Positions 41,734 to 51,808 are shown, numbered from the stretch's first letter. The stretch is DNA of 64,000 nucleotides from Bacillota bacterium (GCA_012839815.1 DUMQ01000136.1:19125-83124); one strand, 5' to 3'. Numbers and translations are program-made. The notes: generated by a model not told the origin, from the letters alone.

Positions 41734-43335
41734 CTAGAAGCGGCGCACAGGCTTCAGGACAACGATCGGGGTTTGCTGGTCATCATTGCCGAAGGGATTG
41801 TCCGAGAGCAGTTGGTGGAGCACCGCCTGGTCGATGCCATCCGAGGCTGCGAGGATGTCGACGCAACCCTTGTCGTTCACGTCAGCTATAAAGGCATCAA
41901 CGCCGGTCTCCCTCTTTATCCTGGCCACGACCTCCTCGGGGTGGGCAGGCCCAAGCACCACATGCTCGTCGTAAGGGGGCATGGTCCCGGCTATATCATC
42001 GATAAAAGCCAGGGAACGACCGGCAACCCTGTAGAAATCCCCTTTTCGCCCCACCATCTTCCCAAGCGCAGCGGCGGCCGCGCCCAGCAACACCCGGACA
42101 GCGCCGACCTCATTTATCGCGAGCTGCATGGCCGGCGGGGTAGCCAGGCTCCCATCCTTCCCCGGGAATTTGCTCAGAAATCGCGCCAGCCTCCTCGGCC
42201 GGACGGTCTTGGGCAGGATCGCGCGGCCCTGGGTTATCGCCACGACGCTCTCGGCTATTCCAATAACATCCCCGGGCGCGGCTATATCCCGGGTATACAT
42301 CTTGACAACCTCGACAATATCGTCTTTTTCCGTTATTATGTGAGTCCGGATGGGTATCCGCTCTATTCTCCCCATCTGTGCACCGCCGGCGCCACCTTCA
42401 ACCTGCTCCCCCGCCCCCGGCTTCCCGCGCTCCCGCCCGGCGAAGAAGCGTTTGATGCCGTTGAAGATCCCCTCGGCAACCCGTTCCTTGAAAACAGGGC
42501 TTCGTAACAGCCCCTCCTCCACCCAGTTGGAGATGCAGACAGCCTCAACTATTATGACGGGAATGCCAATATTACCAGGAAGCCTGGTCGCATCCCTTGC
42601 CACCCCTCTATCTTTCAGGCCAAGCCTCTGGATGACGGCATCGTGTACAAAGACGGCAAGCTCCTCGCTTGCGGGCTGTGAGGGGTTGTAAAGGGTTCTG
42701 AGGCCGCCGAGTTCCGCGTTCCCAGAGGAATAGGTATGTATGCTCACAAAAACCTCCGCGCCAAACCTGGCAGCAAGATCGAATCTTTGCTTAAGAGACA
42801 TGCCCACGTCGTGGGTGCGCGTCAAAAAAGGCGTCGCCCCGGCCTCTTTCAAATATCTGTGAAGGTAGCGCGCAATATCGAGCACGACATTCTTTTCGAC
42901 GAGGTTTACCGGCCCCCTGCCGCCAGCATCCATCCCGCCATGACCGGGATCTATCACGATAACCTTATCGGACATGATCCTCCTGATCGCTGAGCGGTCA
43001 AACGCTATTACCAGACGCACGGGAAGCGACGGGGACGATCCATCCTGGAAGAAGGTGAACTGCGATGGATGTTCGAGCCCAATGGCCATAAACACCCCGC
43101 GCCTCGCCGCCCGGCTGACCTCAATCTCGGTGAGGAGGCCGTCATTCACCTTGATCGGGCCTTCAGGCATGTTGAGCTCGCAGTCAGGAATCGTGACCGC
43201 CGCCGTGAGGGCATCTTTCCACCGGATGTCGCATTTTATAGGCGTAGTGGCCTCTACGATAACCCTCGAGGTCGCCTGCCCCGAGACATCATCGACGTGT
43301 TTTTTCGACCAGATATTGGTTACCTTCCCGGCCAT
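41734..43335 (-). CDS. Fusion ORF with three parts. It has a roughly 110-aa N-terminal region of unknown function, an N-acetylmuramoyl-L-alanine amidase (Amidase_3) domain, and a C-terminal domain resembling F420-0:gamma-glutamyl ligase (CofE-like). No signal peptide.
   Basis: The Amidase_3 pattern is present (IVIDPGHGG, EVFVSIHTYS, LKDRGVARD, PVIIVEAVCISN). After a Gly-rich linker, the sequence MGRIERIPIRTHIITEKDDIVEVV..GDVIGIAESVVAITQGRA..ADVNDKG..NPFGNDDQQTPIVVLKP follows the CofE-like pattern. This CofE assignment rests on comparison with a CofE sequence recalled from memory and carries the most uncertainty in this record. Confidence 0.7.
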   Translation of the reverse strand: MAGKVTNIWSKKHVDDVSGQATSRVIVEATTPIKCDIRWKDALTAAVTIPDCELNMPEGPIKVNDGLLTEIEVSRAARRGVFMAIGLEHPSQFTFFQDGSSPSLPVRLVIAFDRSAIRRIMSDKVIVIDPGHGGMDAGGRGPVNLVEKNVVLDIARYLHRYLKEAGATPFLTRTHDVGMSLKQRFDLAARFGAEVFVSIHTYSSGNAELGGLRTLYNPSQPASEELAVFVHDAVIQRLGLKDRGVARDATRLPGNIGIPVIIVEAVCISNWVEEGLLRSPVFKERVAEGIFNGIKRFFAGRERGKPGAGEQVEGGAGGAQMGRIERIPIRTHIITEKDDIVEVVKMYTRDIAAPGDVIGIAESVVAITQGRAILPKTVRPRRLARFLSKFPGKDGSLATPPAMQLAINEVGAVRVLLGAAAAALGKMVGRKGDFYRVAGRSLAFIDDIAGTMPPYDEHVVLGPAHPEEVVARIKRETGVDAFIADVNDKGCVDILAASDGIDQAVLHQLLSDNPFGNDDQQTPIVVLKPVRRF

Positions 43336-43460
43336 ATATCTACTGCCCTTCTGCCCGGATGGGTTTCTTGTGTCTCCTGTCTGAATAGGTCCTGGGTTAG
43401 TTTATGCACAGGCGGCACATTACATGTTATTCAGAAACCCACGAGTTGTGAATCAGGCGT

Positions 43461-45263
43461 TCATATGGCCAGCTTCAACCTGGTCGCAAGTGAAAGCATC
43501 TCCTCTGCATGCCTGAGGGTGATATCGGTAAGGTTGTTGCCTGCCAGCATGCGCGCGATCTCGGTGACCTGCTCGTCCCCGGCCAGCTTGCGGACGCGCG
43601 TCCGCGTCCTGTCGCTGGAGACTTCCTTCGATATATGAAAGTGAATATCCGCCATGCTGGCTATCTGGGGCAGGTGGGTGACGCAAATGACCTGCCTCAG
43701 CTTGCTGACCTTTACGAGTTTCTCGGCAACGGCTTGGGCGGCGCGGCCACCCACACCGGAATCTATTTCATCAAAGACCATCGTAGGAATCTCGTCGTGG
43801 ACGGCAAGCACGGCCTTGATGGCAAGCATGATGCGCGAAAGCTCGCCTCCGCTCGCTATGCGCGCAAGAGGCCGGGGTTCCTCGCCCGGATTCGCGGAGA
43901 GCAGGAATTCAACGAAGTCCGCGCCCTTTCCATTGACCTCGACGCGTCGTCCCCCGTGTCCGTCAACGCCGGCACCGGCACCCGCGCCAGCGTCGGCATT
44001 GGTGCCAAACGGGATGCCGCCCGTAGATTCGCGCTGCACGATATCGACTTTGAACACAGCGCCCGGCATGCTGAGCGCCTCGAGCTCCCTCATAACCTCG
44101 CCTTCGAGCGCCCTTGCGACGCGCCCCCGCGCCTCGCTCAGGGTAGCACATAGCCTGCCCAGGTCGGCTTCGAGCGACCCGATCTCGCCCTTGAGCTCCT
44201 CGATCCTCTCCCCGCTCCGCTCGATCTCTCCTAGCTCAGCCTCGACCCTGGCCTTATACTCGAGGATGGCATCCACCGTATCCCCGTATTTCCTCTTGAG
44301 CCGGGCGATCAAGGCAAGCCTGTCCTCTATCTCGGCGAGCCTCTCAGGATTGAATTCCAGGTCATCCCTGTAAGACCGAAGCCGCAGCGCGGCCTCCTCG
44401 ATTCCAATGGCTGCATCCTCAAGGAGCTCGACAACGCCTCCCAGCGAGCTGTCTATCCTGCTGGCGCCTCTCAACTCGCTCAGGGCGAGAGCGACGAGGT
44501 CACGCGCAGGCATGCCCTGGAAACCATCCCCCGCGCCGCCATCGCCCCCGTTCAGGCAAACATAGGCGCGAGAGCACTGTTCGAAGAGCTTCTCGGCGTT
44601 CGCCAGGACCGATCGCTCCCGGGCGAGCTCCTCCTCTTCACCGCGCTTGAGCCGCGCTTCCCCTATCTCCCCGACCTGAAACCGGAGAAGATCAAGCCTC
44701 TGCATCTTATCCCTATCGTCCTGCAGGAGCCCGGAGAGCTCTGCCTTAAGAGCCTGCAGGGTATGAAATTTCGAGGCAACCTCGGCGCGCAGGGCGAGGA
44801 GCTCATCCCCGCCGAAATTATCCAGGAGGTCCAGGTGCTTGCTTGGAGAGAGCAGGGACTGGTGCTCATGTTGCCCGTGAATATCTACCAGATAGTCACC
44901 GATCGAGGAGAGTGTAGCAACGGTAACCGTCCTGTCATTAATACGGCAACGGTTCCGGCCCGAACTCGTGACCTCCCGGGATACGATCACGGTACCTCCA
45001 TCGGTTTCTATACCCAGATCAAGCAGTGCAGCGTGCGCCGGGGAACCCTCGTCAACGGCAAAGACGGCCTCCGCATACATCGCCTCGGCGCCGGACCGTA
45101 TTGCATCGGAGCTTGCCCTCCCCCCCAGAAGGAGACCCAGGGCATCTATTATGATGGATTTGCCGGCGCCCGTCTCGCCGGTGAGGATATTGAGGCCTGG
45201 TGCGAATTCCAAGGAAAGCTCATCGATAAGCGCAAAATTCTTAACATGCAGCTCAAGCAGCAT
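43461..45263 (-). CDS. recN: DNA repair protein RecN.
   Basis: MLLELHVKNFALIDELSLEFAPGLNILTGETGAGKSIIIDAL. The likely start is at 45263, and the ORF as called extends to 45332. It contains a Gly/Ala-rich insertion. Confidence 0.9.
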   Translation of the reverse strand: MLLELHVKNFALIDELSLEFAPGLNILTGETGAGKSIIIDALGLLLGGRASSDAIRSGAEAMYAEAVFAVDEGSPAHAALLDLGIETDGGTVIVSREVTSSGRNRCRINDRTVTVATLSSIGDYLVDIHGQHEHQSLLSPSKHLDLLDNFGGDELLALRAEVASKFHTLQALKAELSGLLQDDRDKMQRLDLLRFQVGEIGEARLKRGEEEELARERSVLANAEKLFEQCSRAYVCLNGGDGGAGDGFQGMPARDLVALALSELRGASRIDSSLGGVVELLEDAAIGIEEAALRLRSYRDDLEFNPERLAEIEDRLALIARLKRKYGDTVDAILEYKARVEAELGEIERSGERIEELKGEIGSLEADLGRLCATLSEARGRVARALEGEVMRELEALSMPGAVFKVDIVQRESTGGIPFGTNADAGAGAGAGVDGHGGRRVEVNGKGADFVEFLLSANPGEEPRPLARIASGGELSRIMLAIKAVLAVHDEIPTMVFDEIDSGVGGRAAQAVAEKLVKVSKLRQVICVTHLPQIASMADIHFHISKEVSSDRTRTRVRKLAGDEQVTEIARMLAGNNLTDITLRHAEEMLSLATRLKLAI

Positions 45264-45270
45264 GAATCCC

Positions 45271-45762
45271 TCATCCCCTAAGCTTGTTGAATCTCTCAAG
45301 GAGCTCAGGCACGGCAGACTTGGGCCGCACAACTACAAGTATGGTATCATCGCCAGCGATCGTCCCTAGTATTTCCTTCCAGTTGAGGTCATCAATAACA
45401 TCCGCCACGGCATGGGCGTTGCCCGTCAAGGTCTTTATGACGAGCAGGTTCTCGCTGTAGTCAAGGCTTACCACGGAATCATGGAACAAGTGCTCAAGCC
45501 TTGAGAGCACATCCCCGATAGCCTGCTCGTGGGCAACGGCATAGCGGTACCCGCCGTCCCCCGTCGGCAGCTTTGTGAGGCGCAGTTCCTTTATATCCCT
45601 TGAAACCGTGGCCTGCGTTACGTCTATCCCCTGGCTCCTGAGCGCCTGCGCGAGCTCCTCCTGGGTCTCTATGCTCCTGCTCCCTATGATCTCGAGGATC
45701 TTGGCATGCCGGATCGCCTTAGCGCTCTCAACCCTACCGATCATATATTCCCCTCTCTTCAC
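45271..45762 (-). CDS. argR: Arginine repressor.
   Basis: [42 protein letters not shown] matches ArgR/AhrC. Confidence 0.9.
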   Translation of the reverse strand: MKRGEYMIGRVESAKAIRHAKILEIIGSRSIETQEELAQALRSQGIDVTQATVSRDIKELRLTKLPTGDGGYRYAVAHEQAIGDVLSRLEHLFHDSVVSLDYSENLLVIKTLTGNAHAVADVIDDLNWKEILGTIAGDDTILVVVRPKSAVPELLERFNKLRG

Positions 45763-45792
45763 CTATTCCGCTCGCTATATATATTCCTTCCG

Positions 45793-46707
45793 CTATATAT
45801 TCCCCTCGCTCAGCTTCGTCTTTAAAACCTCGTAAAAACTCCTCGAGGTGAGCTTGACCAGCCTTGTCTTGTGCCCGGCCTTTTTTATCGTGACCTCGTC
45901 CCCGTCCCCGAGCCTGTACCCAAGCTGCCCGTCTACTGTCACCATGACATCGTCATGTGAGGAATGCACGACGACTCTGACAGTTTCGGAGCCGGATATG
46001 ACAAATGCCCGGGCGAATAACGTATGGGGGCATATGAAGGTAATGATCAATGTATCCATGCGCGGGTTGACAATCGGACCCCCCGCCGAGAGCGAATAGG
46101 CTGTGGACCCCGTTGGGCTCGCAACGATGACGCCGTCAGCCGGGTAGGTTCCTATGTGGTGGTCGTCAATGTAAGTCTCGAGGCGGATCATCCGCGAAAA
46201 TGCACCTTTCGTGACCACTATATCGTTCAGGCCCGTAAACTTCTCGACATCCTTCGCGTGGCGCCGTATCGTCGCGGCCACCATCATGCGCTCCTCCACC
46301 TCATAATCCCCGTTTATCACCCTTTCAAGGGAATCATAGACCTCGGTGAGCTCGATCTCAGTCAAGAAACCTAGGTGCCCGACGTTTACCCCAAGGACCG
46401 GGAGACCCGAAGGCGAAAGCATCCTCGCCGCGTACAGGAGCGCCCCGTCCCCGCCCAGGACCACGGCGACATCCATCTTCTTTTTGAGGTCGCCCCCCTC
46501 GCCGAACGAGAGTTCGGGTAGGCCGAGAGCCTCCGCGCTTCTCGGGTCGAGTAGCCCCTTTACGCCGCGCTCGCCGAGCCAGTCCAGTATCTCTCGAGCG
46601 CTCCTGACCGCCTCCCGCTTTTTTAGATGGGGGATCAAGCCGATTTTCGTTACCCTGGTTTTAGTAGTCATAGGAACACCCGATCTCCGGTAGTAAGATT
46701 CAATCAT
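45793..46707 (-). CDS. nadK: NAD+ kinase.
   Basis: GGDGALL and NVGHLGFLTE motifs. An alternative start lies at 46671 (MTTKTRVTKIGLIP). Confidence 0.9.
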   Translation of the reverse strand: MIESYYRRSGVPMTTKTRVTKIGLIPHLKKREAVRSAREILDWLGERGVKGLLDPRSAEALGLPELSFGEGGDLKKKMDVAVVLGGDGALLYAARMLSPSGLPVLGVNVGHLGFLTEIELTEVYDSLERVINGDYEVEERMMVAATIRRHAKDVEKFTGLNDIVVTKGAFSRMIRLETYIDDHHIGTYPADGVIVASPTGSTAYSLSAGGPIVNPRMDTLIITFICPHTLFARAFVISGSETVRVVVHSSHDDVMVTVDGQLGYRLGDGDEVTIKKAGHKTRLVKLTSRSFYEVLKTKLSEGNI

Positions 46708-47536
46708 TCAATGCCGCATGAGCGCGCCGGACCACATCATCGATATCCACGCCAGCATCGCCATGACACACGCATGAAGCCTCCGCGCTACCTGATTCCA
46801 GGTCAAGATGCAAAAAATATTCTATGTTCCCTTCCGGTCCCTTTATGGGCGAGAACATCAGGCCCCTTACATGGAAACCATTAACATCAGCAAAGTCTAT
46901 TATATCACTTAATGTCTTCTTATGCACCCCGGGATCCCTGACCACACCCCTCTTGCCGACCTGGTCCCTCCCCGCCTCGAACTGCGGCTTTATCAGGGAG
47001 ATGATCCCACCCCCCGGAGCAAGGAATTCCTTCAGGCGGGGCAAGAACTTCCTGATGGAGATAAATGAGACATCGATTGTTATGATATCCGCCTTCTCCG
47101 GCACGCGCTCCGGCTCGAGGTAGCGGATATTGGTCCGCTCGATATTCACAACCCGCGGGTCCTGCCGGAGCTCCCATGCCAGCTGGCCGTAGCCCACATC
47201 TATAGCATAAACCTTACGCGCACCATGCTTCAGCAGGCAGTCAGTGAATCCGCCCGTTGAGGCCCCGATATCGATGGCCACCTTGCCCTCCACGCTCACG
47301 TTAAACTCCCTGAGCGCGGCCTCGAGCTTGATCCCGCCCCTGCTCGCGTATTGCACCGCCGGCCTGTCAACTTCAAGCTCGCAGTCGACGGGGACCCTGG
47401 TCCCCGGCTTGTCAACCCGCTCGCCGTTTACCCGGACCTCCCCGGCCATTATAGAGCGCCGGGCCTGTTCGCGTGATTTATACAGGCCTCGCTCGACCAG
47501 CAGGATATCCAGGCGTTCCTTCGCCTTCAACGCCAA
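46700..47536 (-). CDS. tlyA: TlyA-family rRNA 2'-O-methyltransferase (S4 + FtsJ domains).
   Basis: RLDILLVERGLYKSREQARRSIMAGEVRVNG is the S4 domain. The FtsJ fold carries DIGASTGGFTD. The probable start is a TTG at 47534-47536, abutting the dxs stop. The ORF as called runs to 47611. Confidence 0.85.
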   Translation of the reverse strand: MALKAKERLDILLVERGLYKSREQARRSIMAGEVRVNGERVDKPGTRVPVDCELEVDRPAVQYASRGGIKLEAALREFNVSVEGKVAIDIGASTGGFTDCLLKHGARKVYAIDVGYGQLAWELRQDPRVVNIERTNIRYLEPERVPEKADIITIDVSFISIRKFLPRLKEFLAPGGGIISLIKPQFEAGRDQVGKRGVVRDPGVHKKTLSDIIDFADVNGFHVRGLMFSPIKGPEGNIEYFLHLDLESGSAEASCVCHGDAGVDIDDVVRRAHAALND

Positions 47537-49494
47537 TGCGCCGCCACCCTCCCCCGGCCTTCCGTGAGCTGGCGTGCTGCACGCGCTATGGCGCTGGCTG
47601 TCAGGCCGCACTTTTCGAGCAGGATATCCCGCGCTCCGTGTTCGATAAACCTGTCAGGAACGCCGAGCCTCATCACGCGCACCCCGGCCGCCCCTGCGTC
47701 ATTGAGGGCTTCAAGGACCGCGCTGCCGAAACCTCCCTGGAGCACCCCTTCCTCGACCGTCAGGACCTGTCCTGTCCTGGTGGCGATGCCGGTGAGCGTC
47801 TCGACGTCGAGGGGCTTCACGAAACGAGCATTAACAACAGCTGCGTTGATCCCATGGCTGTCGAGGAACTTCGATGCCTCAACCGATGGCCCGACCATGC
47901 TGCCGACGGCGAAGATTGCGAGGTCGTTCCCGGGTTTGATCACGTGCGCCCGGCCCGACCTCCGTGTATCTGGAGTATTCAGAGGTTCCAGGACTCCCGC
48001 GGTTGTAGTCTGACTATACCGCTCGGCCGGGAGCCCCGACCTCGGGTACCTGAGGGCCACCGGGCCGTCGCACGCAACGGCGAACCTCAACATGGATACG
48101 AGTTCATCCCCGTCAGCCGGGGCCATGAGGCTCATGTTGGGCATATGCCTGAGAAACGCCATGTCGAATACCCCATGGTGCGTCGGGCCGTCCTCACCAA
48201 CCAGGCCCGCCCTGTCGATCGCAAAAATAACGTGGAGTTTCTGCAGGCACACATCGTGCAGTATCTGGTCGTATGCCCTCTGCAGAAAAGTGGAGTATAT
48301 CGCTACCACAGGGACGAAGCCCTGAACGGCCAGGCCCGCGGCAAACGTGACCGCGTGCTGCTCGGCTATGCCCACATCAAAGAAGCGGCCGGGGAACCTG
48401 CGGGCAAACTTCTCAAGTCCCGTCCCATCGGGCATAGCCGCCGTTATGGCGACTACCCTGTCGTTGCAGGCACCGAGCTCAACGAGGGCCTCTTCGAAGA
48501 CATCGGTATAGGTCTGTGTCTTCACCTGGACTCCTGATCTCTGGGCTCCCGTGGCGATATCAAAGGGCCCGACCCCGTGAAATGCCCTGGGGTTTCGTTC
48601 TGCAGGGCCATAACCCTTGCCCTTTTGCGTCACGACGTGGATCAGGACCGGACCGCCCCTATCGCAAGCATCCTCCACCGTCCGCCTGATTGTGGCGATA
48701 TCATGGCCGTCGATGGGCCCCAAATATGTGAATCCCAGCTCCTCGAAGAGCATCCCCGGCACGACCAGGTATTTCACGCTGCCCTTGACCCGTTTCACGA
48801 GTGTCGACAGGTCATCGCCCATTAAAGGTACTCGCTCGACAAACTCCTCGAGCTTGCCCTTGACCCTGCGCACGCCGGGATTCATCCTCAGCCGGCTTAA
48901 ATAAGAGGCAAGGGCCCCGACATTCCGTGAGATCGACATCTCGTTATCATTCAAGACAACAATGAGGTCCGTCCCGACATGTCCTGCGTGATTGAGCGCC
49001 TCAAAGGCCATGCCCCCGGTCATCGAGCCATCCCCTATCACCGCGGCGACAGTGAAGTCCTCGCCCCTGAGATCCCGGGCTATCGCTATACCGAGCGCAG
49101 CCGAGATCGACGTGCTCGAATGCCCCGTGTTAAAAATGTCATGGATGCTCTCATCGCGCCTGGGGAAGCCGCTTATGCCCCCGTACTGCCTCAAGGTGGA
49201 GAACCTGTCACCCCGCCCGGTCAGGATCTTGTGGGCGTAGCATTGGTGCCCCACATCCCAGATGATCTTATCGCGCGGGCTTTCAAGCACTGCGTGGAGG
49301 GCAATGGTCAGCTCAACCACCCCGAGGTTGGGAGCCAGGTGCCCCCCTGTGGATGCGGTCGTTTCTATTATGATAGACCGGAGCTCACCGGCAAGCTGGG
49401 CCAGCTCGCGATTGTTCATCGATCTTAACTTTAAGTGCGCACCGGCACCGAGCGCATCGAGCACGCTGCCGGTTTCATACGAGTCGCCTGACAT
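47527..49494 (-). CDS. dxs: 1-deoxy-D-xylulose-5-phosphate synthase.
   Basis: TPP motifs are present (GHLAPNLGVVELTIALH, GDGSMTGGMAFEALNHAG) and the length is 655 aa. Confidence 0.95.
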   Translation of the reverse strand: MSGDSYETGSVLDALGAGAHLKLRSMNNRELAQLAGELRSIIIETTASTGGHLAPNLGVVELTIALHAVLESPRDKIIWDVGHQCYAHKILTGRGDRFSTLRQYGGISGFPRRDESIHDIFNTGHSSTSISAALGIAIARDLRGEDFTVAAVIGDGSMTGGMAFEALNHAGHVGTDLIVVLNDNEMSISRNVGALASYLSRLRMNPGVRRVKGKLEEFVERVPLMGDDLSTLVKRVKGSVKYLVVPGMLFEELGFTYLGPIDGHDIATIRRTVEDACDRGGPVLIHVVTQKGKGYGPAERNPRAFHGVGPFDIATGAQRSGVQVKTQTYTDVFEEALVELGACNDRVVAITAAMPDGTGLEKFARRFPGRFFDVGIAEQHAVTFAAGLAVQGFVPVVAIYSTFLQRAYDQILHDVCLQKLHVIFAIDRAGLVGEDGPTHHGVFDMAFLRHMPNMSLMAPADGDELVSMLRFAVACDGPVALRYPRSGLPAERYSQTTTAGVLEPLNTPDTRRSGRAHVIKPGNDLAIFAVGSMVGPSVEASKFLDSHGINAAVVNARFVKPLDVETLTGIATRTGQVLTVEEGVLQGGFGSAVLEALNDAGAAGVRVMRLGVPDRFIEHGARDILLEKCGLTASAIARAARQLTEGRGRVAAHWR

Positions 49495-49510
49495 CTGAAT
49501 CCTTCACCTT

Positions 49511-50113
49511 CTATGACTCCCGCTTTCCCCGCCTGGATCTCGTCCCTTTTGAACTATTTCTTCCCTTCTTGTCTCCCAGGATAGTGATGCCTGTTAAACC
49601 CTGGAACCACCTCAAGGCTTCACCAACCCAGAGTATGACCCTGTTCGCCTCATTAATGGCCAGCTCCTTGCTAAAGGCTTTCCCCCCCACGGTGATGGCG
49701 GCGATCAGGCCCGTCATGAGTACACCTGCGATGACATCGTTAGTGGCGGACCTGGAGACTATGAGCCTGAATACGATGCTCGCCCCGACCGCCCCGCTCA
49801 CGGTCCCCGAGATATCCCCTATGACATCGTTACAGAAATTCGCAACCTTGTCGGCGTTCCGGACGACCCGTAGCGCCTCCCTGGCACCGTAAATCTTGTT
49901 GGCCGCCATGGCGTGAAAGGGCTTCTCGCTGGCGGCTGCGGCGGCCGTCCCGATGATATCGAAAACGATCCCTATCAAGACAATAATAAAAAGAATCAGG
50001 AAGCTTAAAACAAGGCCTACGCGGGCAAGGAGGATCCGCGAAATAAGATTCATACTCATCGATAAAAAAAAGGTCAGCAGCCCGACCTTTAAAACTTGCT
50101 TGATACGCCTCAA
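49511..50113 (-). CDS. Hypothetical integral membrane protein (about 200 aa, 4-5 TM helices, basic C-terminal tail).
   Basis: Clean ORF with TM segments. No family was recognised. Confidence 0.55.
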   Translation of the reverse strand: MRRIKQVLKVGLLTFFLSMSMNLISRILLARVGLVLSFLILFIIVLIGIVFDIIGTAAAAASEKPFHAMAANKIYGAREALRVVRNADKVANFCNDVIGDISGTVSGAVGASIVFRLIVSRSATNDVIAGVLMTGLIAAITVGGKAFSKELAINEANRVILWVGEALRWFQGLTGITILGDKKGRNSSKGTRSRRGKRES

Positions 50114-50908
50114 GAGATTGCTACCCTCCGGAACTCAAATGAGATTCTGGGATCAAACGAGATTCTGGAAAAGGGATCAGGGGGCAGGTGGCCTCACGCT
50201 GAGTAAATATTGTGGCTTCAGGTCTAGCTGGTTTTCCCAGAACGATTCTCCTGTGCGTTACCGCCAGGCGGTTCCCCTTTATGATCGTTTCCCCGTGTCG
50301 CCATCGGGGATGCTAGATTACCACTTAGTCCACACTGTAATCCCCAGCGTGCCCCACTTACCGCGGACAGCCTAGGAGTTTTCCTCACCAGCACGCTCCA
50401 TCCTCTAGCCTCTTTTGCAGCCAGGGTTTCAGGCGACGGGATGTCGCCATCCCACTCTGACCACTCAAGGCAGGCTACGCTGCACCCAGCACGATATGTA
50501 CGGCCCCAAGGAACCCATACGCTCGCACCGATGTGCAGGTTAACCCCAAGCCGTAGTTACGCGCACGCACCTCAACGCGATGGGCGGGCGCCGGCGCGAT
50601 CACCACGCACTTGGGCCTCCACGGAGACGGGGTCAACGCCTACATGCCATTGTAGATCGCCCCATCTCCTTAACCCCCAGCACCAACCCCCGACTGGGCG
50701 TCGGCAGCCGGCACCAGGGACTTCATCGATGTGCCCTTGACGGATTTTTAGGCCCGTCCTCAAAGATGGGCATGCCGACTAGGATACTGCGCCACCTGTC
50801 GTTAGCATCTCAGATTATAGCATAAACCCTCTCGCACTTCAAGTTTACCGGAGCCGTGGCTGAACCATCTAACCCTGACCAGCCTTGGGAGGGCGCAAGC
50901 AAGAGGGA

Positions 50909-51808
50909 TTACTGCTTGCACAGCAAATCAGTCAATGAACGGAGAATCCTCGCTCGCTCGCCGAGGAAACCCAGCTCAGATATGGCCCGTTCCCTGAAAT
51001 CCCGGATCACCGAACGCGTTTTAGCCGCACCATATGCCCTGGCCAGGGATACGCTATCATCATCCGAGTCCATGTCAGCGAGGTCGTCGGCCGCCTGGAA
51101 GGCAAGGCCGAAGTACCCGGCGAACCTGGTCAGCGCGTCGAGGGTGCGATCATCGGCGCCTGCCACAATCGCACCGCACCGGAGGGACGCCTTAAAAAGC
51201 GCCCCTGTTTTGAGCATGGCAACCTTTTCAAGTTTTTCCAGCTGTACATCGAGATGCCCAGCTTTTCCCGCGCACGAAAGCTCCAGGGCCTGCCCGCCAA
51301 CCATGCCGAGCCCGCCTGAGGCACGGGCCAGCTCATCAACCAGCCTCACGCATGTTTCCGCCCCGAGCTCGGCAACGGCCCCGGGGGAAGACAACACCTC
51401 AAAGGCGAGGGATATAAGCGCATCACCGGCGAGGAGGGCGAGGGCTTCGCCAAACGCCCTGTGGACGGTGGGACGCCCCCTCCGAAAATCATCATCATCC
51501 ATGCAGGGGAGGTCATCGTGAACGAGGGAGTATGAATGGATGAGCTCCAGGGCGCACGCGGGGCGTATCGCCCGGCTGTGAGAAACGCCCAGCGCCTCGG
51601 CGGCGGCCATGGTGAGGATGGGCCTGAGGCGCTTGCCCCCGGGAAACAAACTATAGTATACAGCCTCATAAACCGGGGAGCCGCCCGCCTCGAGGTCCGC
51701 AATAAACTTCTTGAGAGCTGTGTTAATAATCTCCACCCTGTCCGATATATAATCTGATATGTAATCTGATATGTAATTCGAAGAAGAATCGGCCATCGCC
51801 AGCATCAA
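50909..51808 (-). CDS. ispA: Polyprenyl (farnesyl/geranylgeranyl) diphosphate synthase.
   Basis: FARM (LVHDDLPCMDDDDFRRG) and SARM (FQAADDLAD) motifs. The N-terminus contains an SDYISDYISDYIS repeat encoded by a 12-bp x3 tandem DNA repeat. Its start overlaps the xseB stop. Confidence 0.85.
   Translation of the reverse strand: MMLAMADSSSNYISDYISDYISDRVEIINTALKKFIADLEAGGSPVYEAVYYSLFPGGKRLRPILTMAAAEALGVSHSRAIRPACALELIHSYSLVHDDLPCMDDDDFRRGRPTVHRAFGEALALLAGDALISLAFEVLSSPGAVAELGAETCVRLVDELARASGGLGMVGGQALELSCAGKAGHLDVQLEKLEKVAMLKTGALFKASLRCGAIVAGADDRTLDALTRFAGYFGLAFQAADDLADMDSDDDSVSLARAYGAAKTRSVIRDFRERAISELGFLGERARILRSLTDLLCKQ

Noticed and set aside
41626-42507. 293-aa plus-strand ORF overlapping the amidase/CofE-like gene.
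   Set aside because: It is antisense to a gene with clear Amidase_3 motifs and has low-complexity R/P/G-rich translation. It is a shadow ORF.
47473-48537. 354-aa plus-strand ORF inside dxs, and similar antisense ORFs inside recN, spoIIIAE and accC.
   Set aside because: They lie antisense to high-confidence conserved genes. Their composition and lack of motifs indicate GC-rich shadow frames.
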